DNA of 64,000 bases from Candidatus Hodarchaeota archaeon (GTDB lineage Archaea > Asgardarchaeota > Lokiarchaeia > Sigyniarchaeales > SOKP01): assembly GCA_048886685.1 (NCBI GenBank), contig JBHLKM010000005.1:200659-264658 (forward strand), in the 5' to 3' direction. This document shows, piece by piece, positions 1-9,313 of the stretch; positions within the stretch are counted from its first letter, which is position 1; each line of letters opens with the position of its first letter. Made by a program: the position numbers and the translations under genes. The notes below the pieces were generated by a model. It had not been told where the DNA came from, did no database searches, and saw nothing but the letters and a program-made list of their open reading frames with translations.

Positions 1-561
1 AAAAAGGAATTTGATGAAATAGAGAATAATTTCACAGAATTAAATGGTGTTGATATTAGTAAAAAAATGCAAAACCTCGTTGATATAATTTTAGAAACTG
101 AAGGGTATTCAATGGATCTTAAAGATATCAAGGATTGGATAAATAAACTTAAAAGAATCAGAAAACCACTTGAAGATGAGATTAAAGAAGATTTTGTATT
201 ATCCTTTTTCAAATGGAAAGAAAAATATGTAAAAGTAGACGCAAACAACCAGGTAATAGATTTTGAACCTTCTTTTGATAGTTCAGAAGATACACAAGAT
301 GAGTTTGGTAGTATAAGCGGAAGTGGTCTAAGTGGTAAAATTGAGAGTCTAATTCAAACCACTAGCAATTCTACAGGGATTAAATTAAGTAGTGAATTAC
401 AGGATATATCAGATATTGTTTTACGGTCTCATGGTGCTGTAGCTGCCAACGTGATTAGACAATGGATTAGTAAATTAAGATCTATTAGAGATCTCTTAGA
501 AGATGAAATCAGAGAAGAGTTTCTCGAAGAATTAGAAAAGTGGAAAGAGAAATTCACATAA
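1..561 (+). CDS. Hypothetical protein, 5'-truncated by the window edge, with a duplicated ~55-aa helical module
   Basis: Frame is open from base 1. MQNLVDIILETEG...WINKLKRIRKPLEDEIKEDF..KWKEKY is repeated as LQDISDIVLRSHG...WISKLRSIRDLLEDEIREEF..KWKEKF. Confidence 0.8.
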   Translation, partial: KKEFDEIENNFTELNGVDISKKMQNLVDIILETEGYSMDLKDIKDWINKLKRIRKPLEDEIKEDFVLSFFKWKEKYVKVDANNQVIDFEPSFDSSEDTQDEFGSISGSGLSGKIESLIQTTSNSTGIKLSSELQDISDIVLRSHGAVAANVIRQWISKLRSIRDLLEDEIREEFLEELEKWKEKFT

Positions 562-571
562 TAAAACTAAA

Positions 572-979
572 CTATTTTAATTCTATTACATAACCATTCG
601 AATCAGTCTTAAAAATTCCTTTAGATGAATCGAGTAAAACAAATTTATTACCCCAAGGATCCTTCACAATTACACATTTACCTATTGGAATATCGAAAGG
701 CTCTTCTATTATAGATCCTCCCGCTTCAATAAAACGTTTTGCTGCAATTTCAACAGATTTAACCATTATGTCCGTTTCAGGCTCATAATGCTCAGTGTGA
801 ATAACTAATTCAGCTTCACTTTCGGGGATTTTTAACCCTATACTTGATTCTTTTCTCCATATCAATTTATGATCAAGTTTATCTCTATAAAATTTCAACC
901 CATCCTCTAAATTAGAAACAGGAATTCTGATACAATCCACTTTACGAAATAATGCATCTTTATCTGATTTATTTACCAT
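572..979 (-). CDS. VOC/glyoxalase family protein
   Basis: VDCIRIPVSNLEDGLKFY...VKDPWGN motifs. Confidence 0.9.
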   Translation of the reverse strand: MVNKSDKDALFRKVDCIRIPVSNLEDGLKFYRDKLDHKLIWRKESSIGLKIPESEAELVIHTEHYEPETDIMVKSVEIAAKRFIEAGGSIIEEPFDIPIGKCVIVKDPWGNKFVLLDSSKGIFKTDSNGYVIELK

Positions 980-1013
980 AAGTTTGTATTAACATCTATG
1001 ATTTTAAATTTTC

Positions 1014-3221
1014 TTATATTTCTTTAGGAAAAATGACCAGTTCAGTAAGTTCATTTACTTTCATTAATTTCCTATTAATGAAAATCCTGACTTTCTCAGA
1101 AGTAATTTTAGGATTATTCATGAATAACTCTTGTACAATAATATGGCATTTTTTTCCTTTTTTTGCCAATTTTTCATGAATAGGATTATTTTCATTATAA
1201 ATGGGAATTGGAAACATAAATGGTCTTTTATGAATATGTCTTGAACTTTTTATTTGCTTTATCTTTTTCGATAAATTAGGGGTGTTTAAAATCGCCGATA
1301 AATAATAAGCTTCTTCTTCTGATTCAGTAGAATAATAATAATTTTCAGATCCGACAATAATAGTTTGATCTTCATTATTAATGACTGCTGCTTTTAAATT
1401 AGAGCCACTTGCATTGTATACTGTAAGAAAGGATTTGTTATTAACTTGTTTATGCAATTTATTCCAATAATTCAAATTATCATAGAGAGTATCAATTTTA
1501 CTTGTCACTTTCTTATTTGCTTGGTAAATAGTGTTCATTTCATTATAAAAACTCTGAGCTTTTGGATATTGTTGAAGATAGTCAAGATCAAAATTAAATC
1601 GAGTATTGATAGGTAAGAATACATCTTTTAATTGTTTTAAGTGAAAGGGGATAAGGTCTATGTTTAAAAATGTTTTAAAGTGAAACTTATCTTCAATTTC
1701 TTTATTTTTGAAAGGATGTAACCATTTTTCTTTAGCTCTGGATAATATATCAGGATCAGAATCGATTGTGAGATACCCATTTTTCTTATTTTTAATTTGA
1801 AAAAATATAAGTGTTCTCGGAACCAATGTGGCTCCCTGATAGAATTTCTTTTTATATGGGCTGTTCTGTAAATTATTTAACATCTTTAATTCATGAATAG
1901 GCATAATTAATTTCGCACCATTACCGTTATCATCGATTTTTAAACTTGAATATGATGTTTCCTTGATTAGCTCTGATTTATTATTAAAGATTTTTGTTTT
2001 AATGGGATATCTTTTTGTGATCGGTATGTAATTGTCTTTACCAATATATTCTGCTTTCAAACAAATATGTTCTACATTGAAAAAATAACTATCCGGAAAG
2101 TCCCAAATTTCTAAATTTGCATTAAATGAATAAAATGCTCGAAATTTGTAGCAATGATCCCCGTTTAATACGCTTTTAGGCATAACAAAAAATATCTTAC
2201 CCCCATTCTTTAAAAAATAAAAGGGAATTGCATAGAAGAAAATTCCTGCCAATTCTATATGCGTTATGTATTGACTTAATGGTTTAATCCTTAATAGATT
2301 TGATAATTCACGAATTTTAATTTGGTATGCTTTATCGAATAAATCCTTATATGTTAACCATGGGGGATTACCTATAACCAAATCAAATGAATTAAATATG
2401 TTATTCAATTGTAGATCTATTTTATTCTTACAATCATCTGGAAATAAAGAATCACAGAGGAAGACATTAATCTCTGGGAATTCCCCTCTTTTGAATTTAA
2501 AAAACTCAAGATAGATTAAAAGCATATTAACCTTTGTGGTAATAATTGCTAATGGATTAACATCAAATCCAAAGACGTTATTAATTGCCTTAATCTTATT
2601 GGAAAGAGAATTTTTTGAATCAAGAATTTTAATAATGGTATTAATTAAAAAATTTCCCGAACCGCAAGATGGATCCAAAATTTTTAACCCAAATTCATAA
2701 AAATCCTCTAGCATTTTAGATACAAGGTGTGAAGGAGTAAAGAATTCCCCTCTTTTATGTCTTATGTTAGAAATAAATATATGTTGATAAAATTGACTGA
2801 AAATGTCTTGTTTTTCGGTTATAGGGTTTTCAATTTCATTATTTATTTTGTTAAGTATTTCTTCTTTAACTGATGTCCAAAAAAAGTATTTATATTCGAA
2901 TATTTTAAGTTTTTCAATTTCATTTTCTATAGGATTATTGAATATTTCTTTAAAATTGAGACCCTCGATAAAGCTTATTTTGGACATCACTAATATCTTC
3001 AATAAATGAACAAAATAGGTATGTTTTAAAAAAAGTTCAGAAGAAATTTCTTTACCATAAATATTAATAAATATTTTCTTCCATTTTTTAAAGTTAGGTT
3101 CGAAATTTACCTCAGAGATAGATCTCTCCTTAAGGAATTTCATAAATTCAGTATAAATCTCTGAATGTACGCCAAATTTTTTATCAATAATTTCGGAATT
3201 TATTAAATTTTTGATTCCCAT
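1014..3221 (-). CDS. N6-adenine-type DNA methyltransferase with probable C-terminal target-recognition region
   Basis: GEFFTP, ILDPSCGSGNF (SAM-binding), GFDVNP and catalytic IGNPPW. Confidence 0.9.
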   Translation of the reverse strand: MGIKNLINSEIIDKKFGVHSEIYTEFMKFLKERSISEVNFEPNFKKWKKIFINIYGKEISSELFLKHTYFVHLLKILVMSKISFIEGLNFKEIFNNPIENEIEKLKIFEYKYFFWTSVKEEILNKINNEIENPITEKQDIFSQFYQHIFISNIRHKRGEFFTPSHLVSKMLEDFYEFGLKILDPSCGSGNFLINTIIKILDSKNSLSNKIKAINNVFGFDVNPLAIITTKVNMLLIYLEFFKFKRGEFPEINVFLCDSLFPDDCKNKIDLQLNNIFNSFDLVIGNPPWLTYKDLFDKAYQIKIRELSNLLRIKPLSQYITHIELAGIFFYAIPFYFLKNGGKIFFVMPKSVLNGDHCYKFRAFYSFNANLEIWDFPDSYFFNVEHICLKAEYIGKDNYIPITKRYPIKTKIFNNKSELIKETSYSSLKIDDNGNGAKLIMPIHELKMLNNLQNSPYKKKFYQGATLVPRTLIFFQIKNKKNGYLTIDSDPDILSRAKEKWLHPFKNKEIEDKFHFKTFLNIDLIPFHLKQLKDVFLPINTRFNFDLDYLQQYPKAQSFYNEMNTIYQANKKVTSKIDTLYDNLNYWNKLHKQVNNKSFLTVYNASGSNLKAAVINNEDQTIIVGSENYYYSTESEEEAYYLSAILNTPNLSKKIKQIKSSRHIHKRPFMFPIPIYNENNPIHEKLAKKGKKCHIIVQELFMNNPKITSEKVRIFINRKLMKVNELTELVIFPKEI

Positions 3222-3279
3222 TGTAAAATGTATAAAATTATAATCTAAAAAAGGAATTGAAAATAAAAAAAAGATTATC

Positions 3280-3825
3280 TTACTTTCTCATAAATGTTGG
3301 AAGCATGAAAGAAAAAATCTCTGCAATCTTCCTCAATTTTGCTTTCTCTTGTATAGTTGTGATAATTAATACTGATCTTGATAGCTCTTCTCTATCCAAA
3401 GAACCTCCAGAATAAATTGCTTGATTAGTATTGAACACTAATAAAAATCTCACATTGGGATTATTAATTATACTTATCCCTTCGGTAACCTTCAAATCAT
3501 CATAAATAGGTCGAAGGTTTTTTGGTAAATTTCCTCTATCATTTGTGATTAAAAGTACTGGAATCCCCTTTTGAGAAACTTTTTTTAATTCTTTAGAATA
3601 GAACTCATCTATTTTCGGTGTAACAATGTTTAACTGCTCTTTAGTTGACGCAATCAAATTTAACAGTTGATCATTGAGCACATTTCTTTTCTCTAACCCA
3701 CCAGAAGATTCTATGTTAAACATACCTACTAATGTCATTATTTTATTTTCTAATGAAGCTATTTCCTGCTTCAAACGCTTATTTTCTACGCGTAACTCGA
3801 GTAATCGATCGGAAATCTCACCCAC
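3280..3825 (-). CDS. Coiled-coil plus PLD-like fold protein lacking the HKD motif
   Basis: N-terminal heptads. LIASTKEQLNIVTP...KGIPVLLIT...VRFLLVFNTNQAIYSGGSL follows the PLD-fold pattern but has no HxK(x4)D. Confidence 0.6.
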   Translation of the reverse strand: MGEISDRLLELRVENKRLKQEIASLENKIMTLVGMFNIESSGGLEKRNVLNDQLLNLIASTKEQLNIVTPKIDEFYSKELKKVSQKGIPVLLITNDRGNLPKNLRPIYDDLKVTEGISIINNPNVRFLLVFNTNQAIYSGGSLDREELSRSVLIITTIQEKAKLRKIAEIFSFMLPTFMRK

Positions 3826-4012
3826 CCACCGTTTATGTTAACTTATTCAACTCAAAACATGTTTCCATTCATTATATTTATTTTTCTTAATTTCTTTTTA
3901 AATAATGAATTTTACAAGTTTGATATTTTAAATTTAATTCTTGTATTAATTAATTAAAATTTACTTTATAAATATTTTTTATTCCATATTTTTTTATATT
4001 AAAGTTTTAAAT

Positions 4013-6604
4013 TCAGGAAATTAATTTTTTCCAGGGTTGTCCAAAGAGTAAAAAACTTGATACTGCTAAACTGCTTCTTAAGTCAATTCTTGCTACACCC
4101 TCTTTCTCTAATGAGTCTTTAAATTCTTGTTGCACAATTTCTTCCATCTTCTTTGCTATGCATTGTTGTCGAGCCTTAAGAAGTGATACTCCTTGACTAT
4201 TATTATTAAATAGATTAATAAAAAAGAATGAAGTAATATCTTTAGTTTCTTCGTTGAAAAGAGGGTATGTTCTTGAAATAATTCCAGTAAATTTGGTTTG
4301 ATCGAATTGAGCAACGATCTCCCCAAATGTTTTGAGACCATTCTTTAGTTTTTGACCTTCTATATCAAAAATCTGGGCGTTAAAAAATAACAGAGGATTT
4401 AAATTCGAGTTATTTTGACTTAAAGTATTATTTATTTCTCTGAATGTAATGATTTCACTATCATTAACTAGCAAGTAGCTATCATTTGGGCTCCATTTAG
4501 AATAAAATATATTTCCTACAAATATAATAATATGATAAAAATCTTTTAACAGATGGTCAAAAAAATTATCTCGTGTCGATTTTGAGCCAATAAGCGTAGT
4601 AATTTGATTAACTTTGTCGGCATTATTAAAGAAATTGATAATATAGTTTACTTCATTCGCACCGGCAGTAAAAGGGTATATTAGTTCTTTTCTTTTCAAT
4701 TCATTATTCCATTTTAAAGGACTTGTAGAATTTATAGATTCAATTATTAAAACATTGAATTTTCCATTATCTTGCTCAACTACAGATTTAATTAAAGATG
4801 CCTCTTCAAAAGAAATACCTCCAAGTGGTATTTCACCAATTTTATATCCAATAGAATATTTTAACAAGAAAAAATTATTATCGTATATCAAATCAAAAGG
4901 AATCGTCATATTATCTATAACAAAATAAATCTGAGGTATAGTTTTTAGACTTTCAATTTTAAAAGATTTAAAAAAATTTCTTATTAATTTTGGTAAAAAA
5001 ATATATAATAATTCCCCAAATTCGTTAAGGTTAATTGTAAACTTTCTCTTTTCAGTCTCATAGAAAAGCTCATTATATATCTCTAATATTTGAGTATCAT
5101 TCCAATATTCATTAGTGATAATACCCTCTAAAATTTGATAATCTGTTGAAAAAATACGATACGATATCATCCCTTTAGAATTTATTCTTAGAATCATATT
5201 ATTAATAGAAAAACCTTCATTGTCTAATCTAAGAGAATTTATGCCGTCTTCAAATGAATAAATCTGACTTTTTAAAGGTTCTACTTCATTATATAAGGAT
5301 ACAACATCTTTTATCAATTTGTTAAAATCCTTTTCAAGATAAAATATTATTTTTTGCGCTATTTTAAAATTCTTTTCTTCAAAAAGAGCACGATAGAACA
5401 TCATTCTCCAAAAATCTCTTTGCTCTAAAGAGAAGAACATAGACTTGAATTGCCAGAGTAAATTACAGGTATAAAAATAATGAAAGATTTGAGCGCTCGT
5501 TTGAGGTATTTTTAAATGGTTATCTAGTTTTTCTAACGACTGTAATAAATACTTTTTCTCTTTCATTTCAACAAATTTTTTGCAGGCTTCAACCCATAGT
5601 TCAATTAAGATGTTGTCGTAGGAAAGATCTGTTTTATACATGAATAAATCTTCTAAGAAATCATAGATTTCAAAGGCTATTTCAAAGCGATTTCTATTAA
5701 TTGAAAAATCAATGAATTTCCGTATATAGGTAATTGCATCCCCATAAGATTGAAATTCTTGCATTTTTGAGAAAATATTCCTAATAATAATGATAATCCA
5801 GGAATATTCTCCTATGTCATTCAAATAATTTATCAGTTCCTCAAGATCAACCAAAATGGTACTAAAACTTCTTTCGTTGATCGCGATTCTACTAATACTA
5901 CTAAATTCGTTTTTTAAATACTGTGGAAGTCGATTGATCAGAATTTTATTTATAAATCTCACAAATTCTGAGGAATCTTCCATAAGATTATATTTAATAC
6001 AAACGTCCTCTAAAATCATATAAATGAATAACGTTCTCTTACTTGGTTCTAATTTTAACACAGTTTTACCTAACTTTTCCATACTTAAATGAAAAAATTC
6101 TGAAGGCGCTACAGATTTCCTTAGAAACATCAGTAAAATTTGTAATTCTATTAGCTTCTGGAATTCTTCTTTTTCATGTAATTTTACAGAAAAGGAATTA
6201 ATGAATTTTGTTATTCCTTTCTGAGATAAATCTTCAATTTTTATAAATTGCTTAAGAAGGTTTATCCCAAAATTATTAAATAAATAAAAATCATCTAAGT
6301 TTGCTAAAAATGAAAAGAATCTTTTATACGCATCAATATATCTGATTAAATCAATTTTAACTTCTCCTTCTTCTCGTTTAACAAGCGAATTTAAATATAT
6401 CCACCAAGAGTTCGAGATTATCATTAATAATTGATGCTTTTTTTGGATGTCTAACCATTCATTTTTTTCTATATCCATTCTTAAATTTTCAAGTAAATTT
6501 GAAGCCCATTTATGATTAGCACCAAATAATAATTTCCGTGCTATTATTATTTTTTTTTGAAAGTCTGTTAAAAATTCCTGTTTTATATCTAAACTTACTG
6601 TCAT
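4013..6604 (-). CDS. Helical-repeat protein with a C-terminal CHAT (caspase-like) domain, catalytic dyad replaced
   Basis: GELLYIFLP, IPFDLIYDNNFFLL, HIIIFVGN (for HFAGH), LLFFNAQ (for LxFLNAC), SLLKARQ, FLLFGQP. Confidence 0.75.
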   Translation of the reverse strand: MTVSLDIKQEFLTDFQKKIIIARKLLFGANHKWASNLLENLRMDIEKNEWLDIQKKHQLLMIISNSWWIYLNSLVKREEGEVKIDLIRYIDAYKRFFSFLANLDDFYLFNNFGINLLKQFIKIEDLSQKGITKFINSFSVKLHEKEEFQKLIELQILLMFLRKSVAPSEFFHLSMEKLGKTVLKLEPSKRTLFIYMILEDVCIKYNLMEDSSEFVRFINKILINRLPQYLKNEFSSISRIAINERSFSTILVDLEELINYLNDIGEYSWIIIIIRNIFSKMQEFQSYGDAITYIRKFIDFSINRNRFEIAFEIYDFLEDLFMYKTDLSYDNILIELWVEACKKFVEMKEKKYLLQSLEKLDNHLKIPQTSAQIFHYFYTCNLLWQFKSMFFSLEQRDFWRMMFYRALFEEKNFKIAQKIIFYLEKDFNKLIKDVVSLYNEVEPLKSQIYSFEDGINSLRLDNEGFSINNMILRINSKGMISYRIFSTDYQILEGIITNEYWNDTQILEIYNELFYETEKRKFTINLNEFGELLYIFLPKLIRNFFKSFKIESLKTIPQIYFVIDNMTIPFDLIYDNNFFLLKYSIGYKIGEIPLGGISFEEASLIKSVVEQDNGKFNVLIIESINSTSPLKWNNELKRKELIYPFTAGANEVNYIINFFNNADKVNQITTLIGSKSTRDNFFDHLLKDFYHIIIFVGNIFYSKWSPNDSYLLVNDSEIITFREINNTLSQNNSNLNPLLFFNAQIFDIEGQKLKNGLKTFGEIVAQFDQTKFTGIISRTYPLFNEETKDITSFFFINLFNNNSQGVSLLKARQQCIAKKMEEIVQQEFKDSLEKEGVARIDLRSSLAVSSFLLFGQPWKKLIS

Positions 6605-6625
6605 TAAATTGTTATTTCCTTATTT

Positions 6626-7813
6626 TTAATCATTATTTTGAATGGTGTTCCTTATTTCTTCTCCTGCGGAGAGTTTAGGGTTTTGTTCCCATCCTTTACT
6701 TAATTTGCCTTGTGCCCATAAAACACTCGCTCCAACCCAGCTAATATTCTCTCTGCCTGAAACTGCCATTACATTAATTTTTTCTTTAATTCTTTCTGAG
6801 AAGAACTTTGAAATCTCAATTTTTAATCTCTTTTCAAATCCAGGGATCAAACTCCCGCCACCTGCGAGAATAATATTCGATAATAATTCTTCCCAATTTT
6901 CTCGATCCCATGTACGGATGACCTTAGCAATTGCTTCGGGTAAGCCAATATAATCAATATGAATTATTAATGGATTGAATAGAGGCTCTGAAATAAGAAA
7001 TCTTTCTGAATTAATTTCTAAACTAGACCCATCAGGTAGATCGATATTACTTGTGTACTTTGTAAAACCATCCTTTATTCGCCTGATTTCCTCCTCTGGA
7101 TCTAAAACACATAACGATAATTTATCTTTTATTTCCTTTGCAATGATATGATCAAGATAAATTGATTTTCCAGATCTAATTTTGGTTAAAAGTAAGTTGA
7201 GCAGATAATTGGTTATATCTTTACCCGCAACTGGATAAGTATCTCTTGCTATAACATTAGAAAAACCATGTAAAAATGATGTAATGTATGTATTTTCCTC
7301 GCCTATACTTACGATTACTCCACTTGTTTTCCGGAATGTAGATATTATTCCTTGACTTTCAGATATAAATAGAATACTTGGAAAATCAAACACATTAAAA
7401 AAAATATCTCTCAATTTAGTTTTCTCTAATTCAGGCATGAAGAAGGGTGTTATTATGATAATTGGTTGTTTAAATTGATTATTTTCCGATATTTCTAACT
7501 CTTTATAATGATGATAGAAGAATTTCATCAAAATTGTAAAATTGTTTTCTTTTTTAAACTCATGTACTGTAAGTATATTGGAATATTTTAGCGCTTCATG
7601 ACCAAATAACTGACCCTCTACATTTTTTTCCTCCATAAATATATCTTCAAGACCATCAATTACATCTGAAGTAAAGAGATAATCGGTATTATCAACGTAG
7701 ACACTAGGAGCAATAATATCTGGATAATCATTTCCTGCCCATCCCAATCGAAAAAAATTATTCCCTATATCGAGAATTAATGGACGTAATTGATTATTTT
7801 TTTCAGATGACAT
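6626..7813 (-). CDS. Actin-related protein (divergent Asgard ARP)
   Basis: LILDIGNNFFRLGWAGNDYP, AGKDITNYL, LPDG, ERFLISEPLFNP, IILAGGGSLIPGFEKRL and SWVGASVL match actin-family motifs. Confidence 0.92.
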   Translation of the reverse strand: MSSEKNNQLRPLILDIGNNFFRLGWAGNDYPDIIAPSVYVDNTDYLFTSDVIDGLEDIFMEEKNVEGQLFGHEALKYSNILTVHEFKKENNFTILMKFFYHHYKELEISENNQFKQPIIIITPFFMPELEKTKLRDIFFNVFDFPSILFISESQGIISTFRKTSGVIVSIGEENTYITSFLHGFSNVIARDTYPVAGKDITNYLLNLLLTKIRSGKSIYLDHIIAKEIKDKLSLCVLDPEEEIRRIKDGFTKYTSNIDLPDGSSLEINSERFLISEPLFNPLIIHIDYIGLPEAIAKVIRTWDRENWEELLSNIILAGGGSLIPGFEKRLKIEISKFFSERIKEKINVMAVSGRENISWVGASVLWAQGKLSKGWEQNPKLSAGEEIRNTIQNND

Positions 7814-7863
7814 ATTTTTCTGATTGATTTTAATTAATTAGAACTTATAGAAAAAAGCGCTAT

Positions 7864-8712
7864 TTAATACTTCATTTCATGAATTAAATCGTCTGTAACT
7901 CTTTTTAATTGATACTCCTTAATTTGCAATTCTAATAAACCTAAAACTCTTTTAAATTTTCCAGACATAGATTCTATGTCAACTTCTGCCACTTTTTCAA
8001 CTTCATCGCGTTTAACTTTGAATAGCTCTAACTGCGATTGGATCTTTTTATATTGATTATTAATAGATACAACTAAATCTTCTGTATTTTTCTTGGTTAT
8101 TTTACGCATTTTTCTTAAAATAGCTAATATATTAGAAATAGAATTTTCCCATCTCTCATATCTCTCATTATAACTCTTTAACAATTCCTCAAAAAATATC
8201 GTTAATTTGGCATAAATGTTATCTTTTTTAATAGAGGATTTTGTTTTTTTCTCTGGAGGTGTTGGAGCTATTTCTTCTTTAACTCCTATGACATCTTTTT
8301 CAACGGGAGGTACTGTTGAAGCTTCTATTTGAATCTTCGGAGGAAATGCAGTTTTAGGTTTTTCCTCGGTCATTAATGGTTTCGATTTTTCTTTGGATTC
8401 TGGGGCGACAATTTTCTCTCGTTTCTGGGATGGTTTTCTTTGTGCTAAAGGGACATCCTCTAAAGCATAAGCTTCTGCTATTTCACTTCTACTTTCGTGA
8501 GATAAGTGAGGTGTAATTTTTTCCTCTCCTTCTTTCTTAGGAAGCACAAATCCCTTTCCTTCGGTAGCCTCCTCCATTAAGCTCTGCAATGTTGTTTTTG
8601 TAGTTTTTGTTGAACTCAAGGCGTCATTTAAGGAATACCCTTGAATATCCCCTATCTCTTCAACTTCTTCAACAACTTTTTTTTTCTTTTCTTTTTTCTT
8701 CTTCTTCCCCAT
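7864..8712 (-). CDS. Hypothetical protein: poly-Lys N-terminus, disordered E/K/P-rich middle, C-terminal coiled coil
   Basis: Composition and heptad pattern; co-oriented with the ARP gene. Confidence 0.75.
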   Translation of the reverse strand: MGKKKKKEKKKKVVEEVEEIGDIQGYSLNDALSSTKTTKTTLQSLMEEATEGKGFVLPKKEGEEKITPHLSHESRSEIAEAYALEDVPLAQRKPSQKREKIVAPESKEKSKPLMTEEKPKTAFPPKIQIEASTVPPVEKDVIGVKEEIAPTPPEKKTKSSIKKDNIYAKLTIFFEELLKSYNERYERWENSISNILAILRKMRKITKKNTEDLVVSINNQYKKIQSQLELFKVKRDEVEKVAEVDIESMSGKFKRVLGLLELQIKEYQLKRVTDDLIHEMKY

Positions 8713-8753
8713 AAAATATACCTATATACTAAATAAAATTCTAATTTATGAAT

Positions 8754-9161
8754 TTATTCGAAAGGTAAGATATCAACATTAAGTGCCTTTCCGTTTTTTA
8801 TCAAACCTTCTCTTAATTCTTCCATTGTAATATTTTTAGGAGTTGGACTAAGTACCGTCCAAATTGCTGTTTTCGATTTTTCTAAAATGATACTCTCTCC
8901 CCACATTAAAGAAATACCAAATTCTCCAAAAACTGTTGCTATTTTTGCTAAAGATCCAGGCTCATCGACCATTGTTATCCTAAATTTAATAGGTTTATCT
9001 GCCTTCGAAATTCCTACTGGTGTTATTCGTATTTCCTTTGTTTCTGAATCGCTTACAAGCATTAGTTGGGAATCCGTTGTAATACCAAGATGTTTCCTAG
9101 TTACTAATGGAAGTACAATTCTCCCTCGATTATCTATGGATATAATTTTTACATCCTTCAT
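8754..9161 (-). CDS. AbrB/MazE-type DNA-binding domain fused to an ACT domain
   Basis: IDNRGRIVLPLVTRKHLGI (AbrB); DEPGSLAKIATVFGEFGISL (ACT). Confidence 0.85.
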   Translation of the reverse strand: MKDVKIISIDNRGRIVLPLVTRKHLGITTDSQLMLVSDSETKEIRITPVGISKADKPIKFRITMVDEPGSLAKIATVFGEFGISLMWGESIILEKSKTAIWTVLSPTPKNITMEELREGLIKNGKALNVDILPFE

Positions 9162-9313
9162 AGTTCTTAATATATTACTATTTCTTTTAATAATTACAAT
9201 ATGGAAATAATTTTCTTATAAATATTAACGAAATTATTATTAATAATTTTAATGAAAACTTTCCAGAAAAGAAGTGTAAAACAGAAATAATATAAAAAAT
9301 TAAAATATAATAG

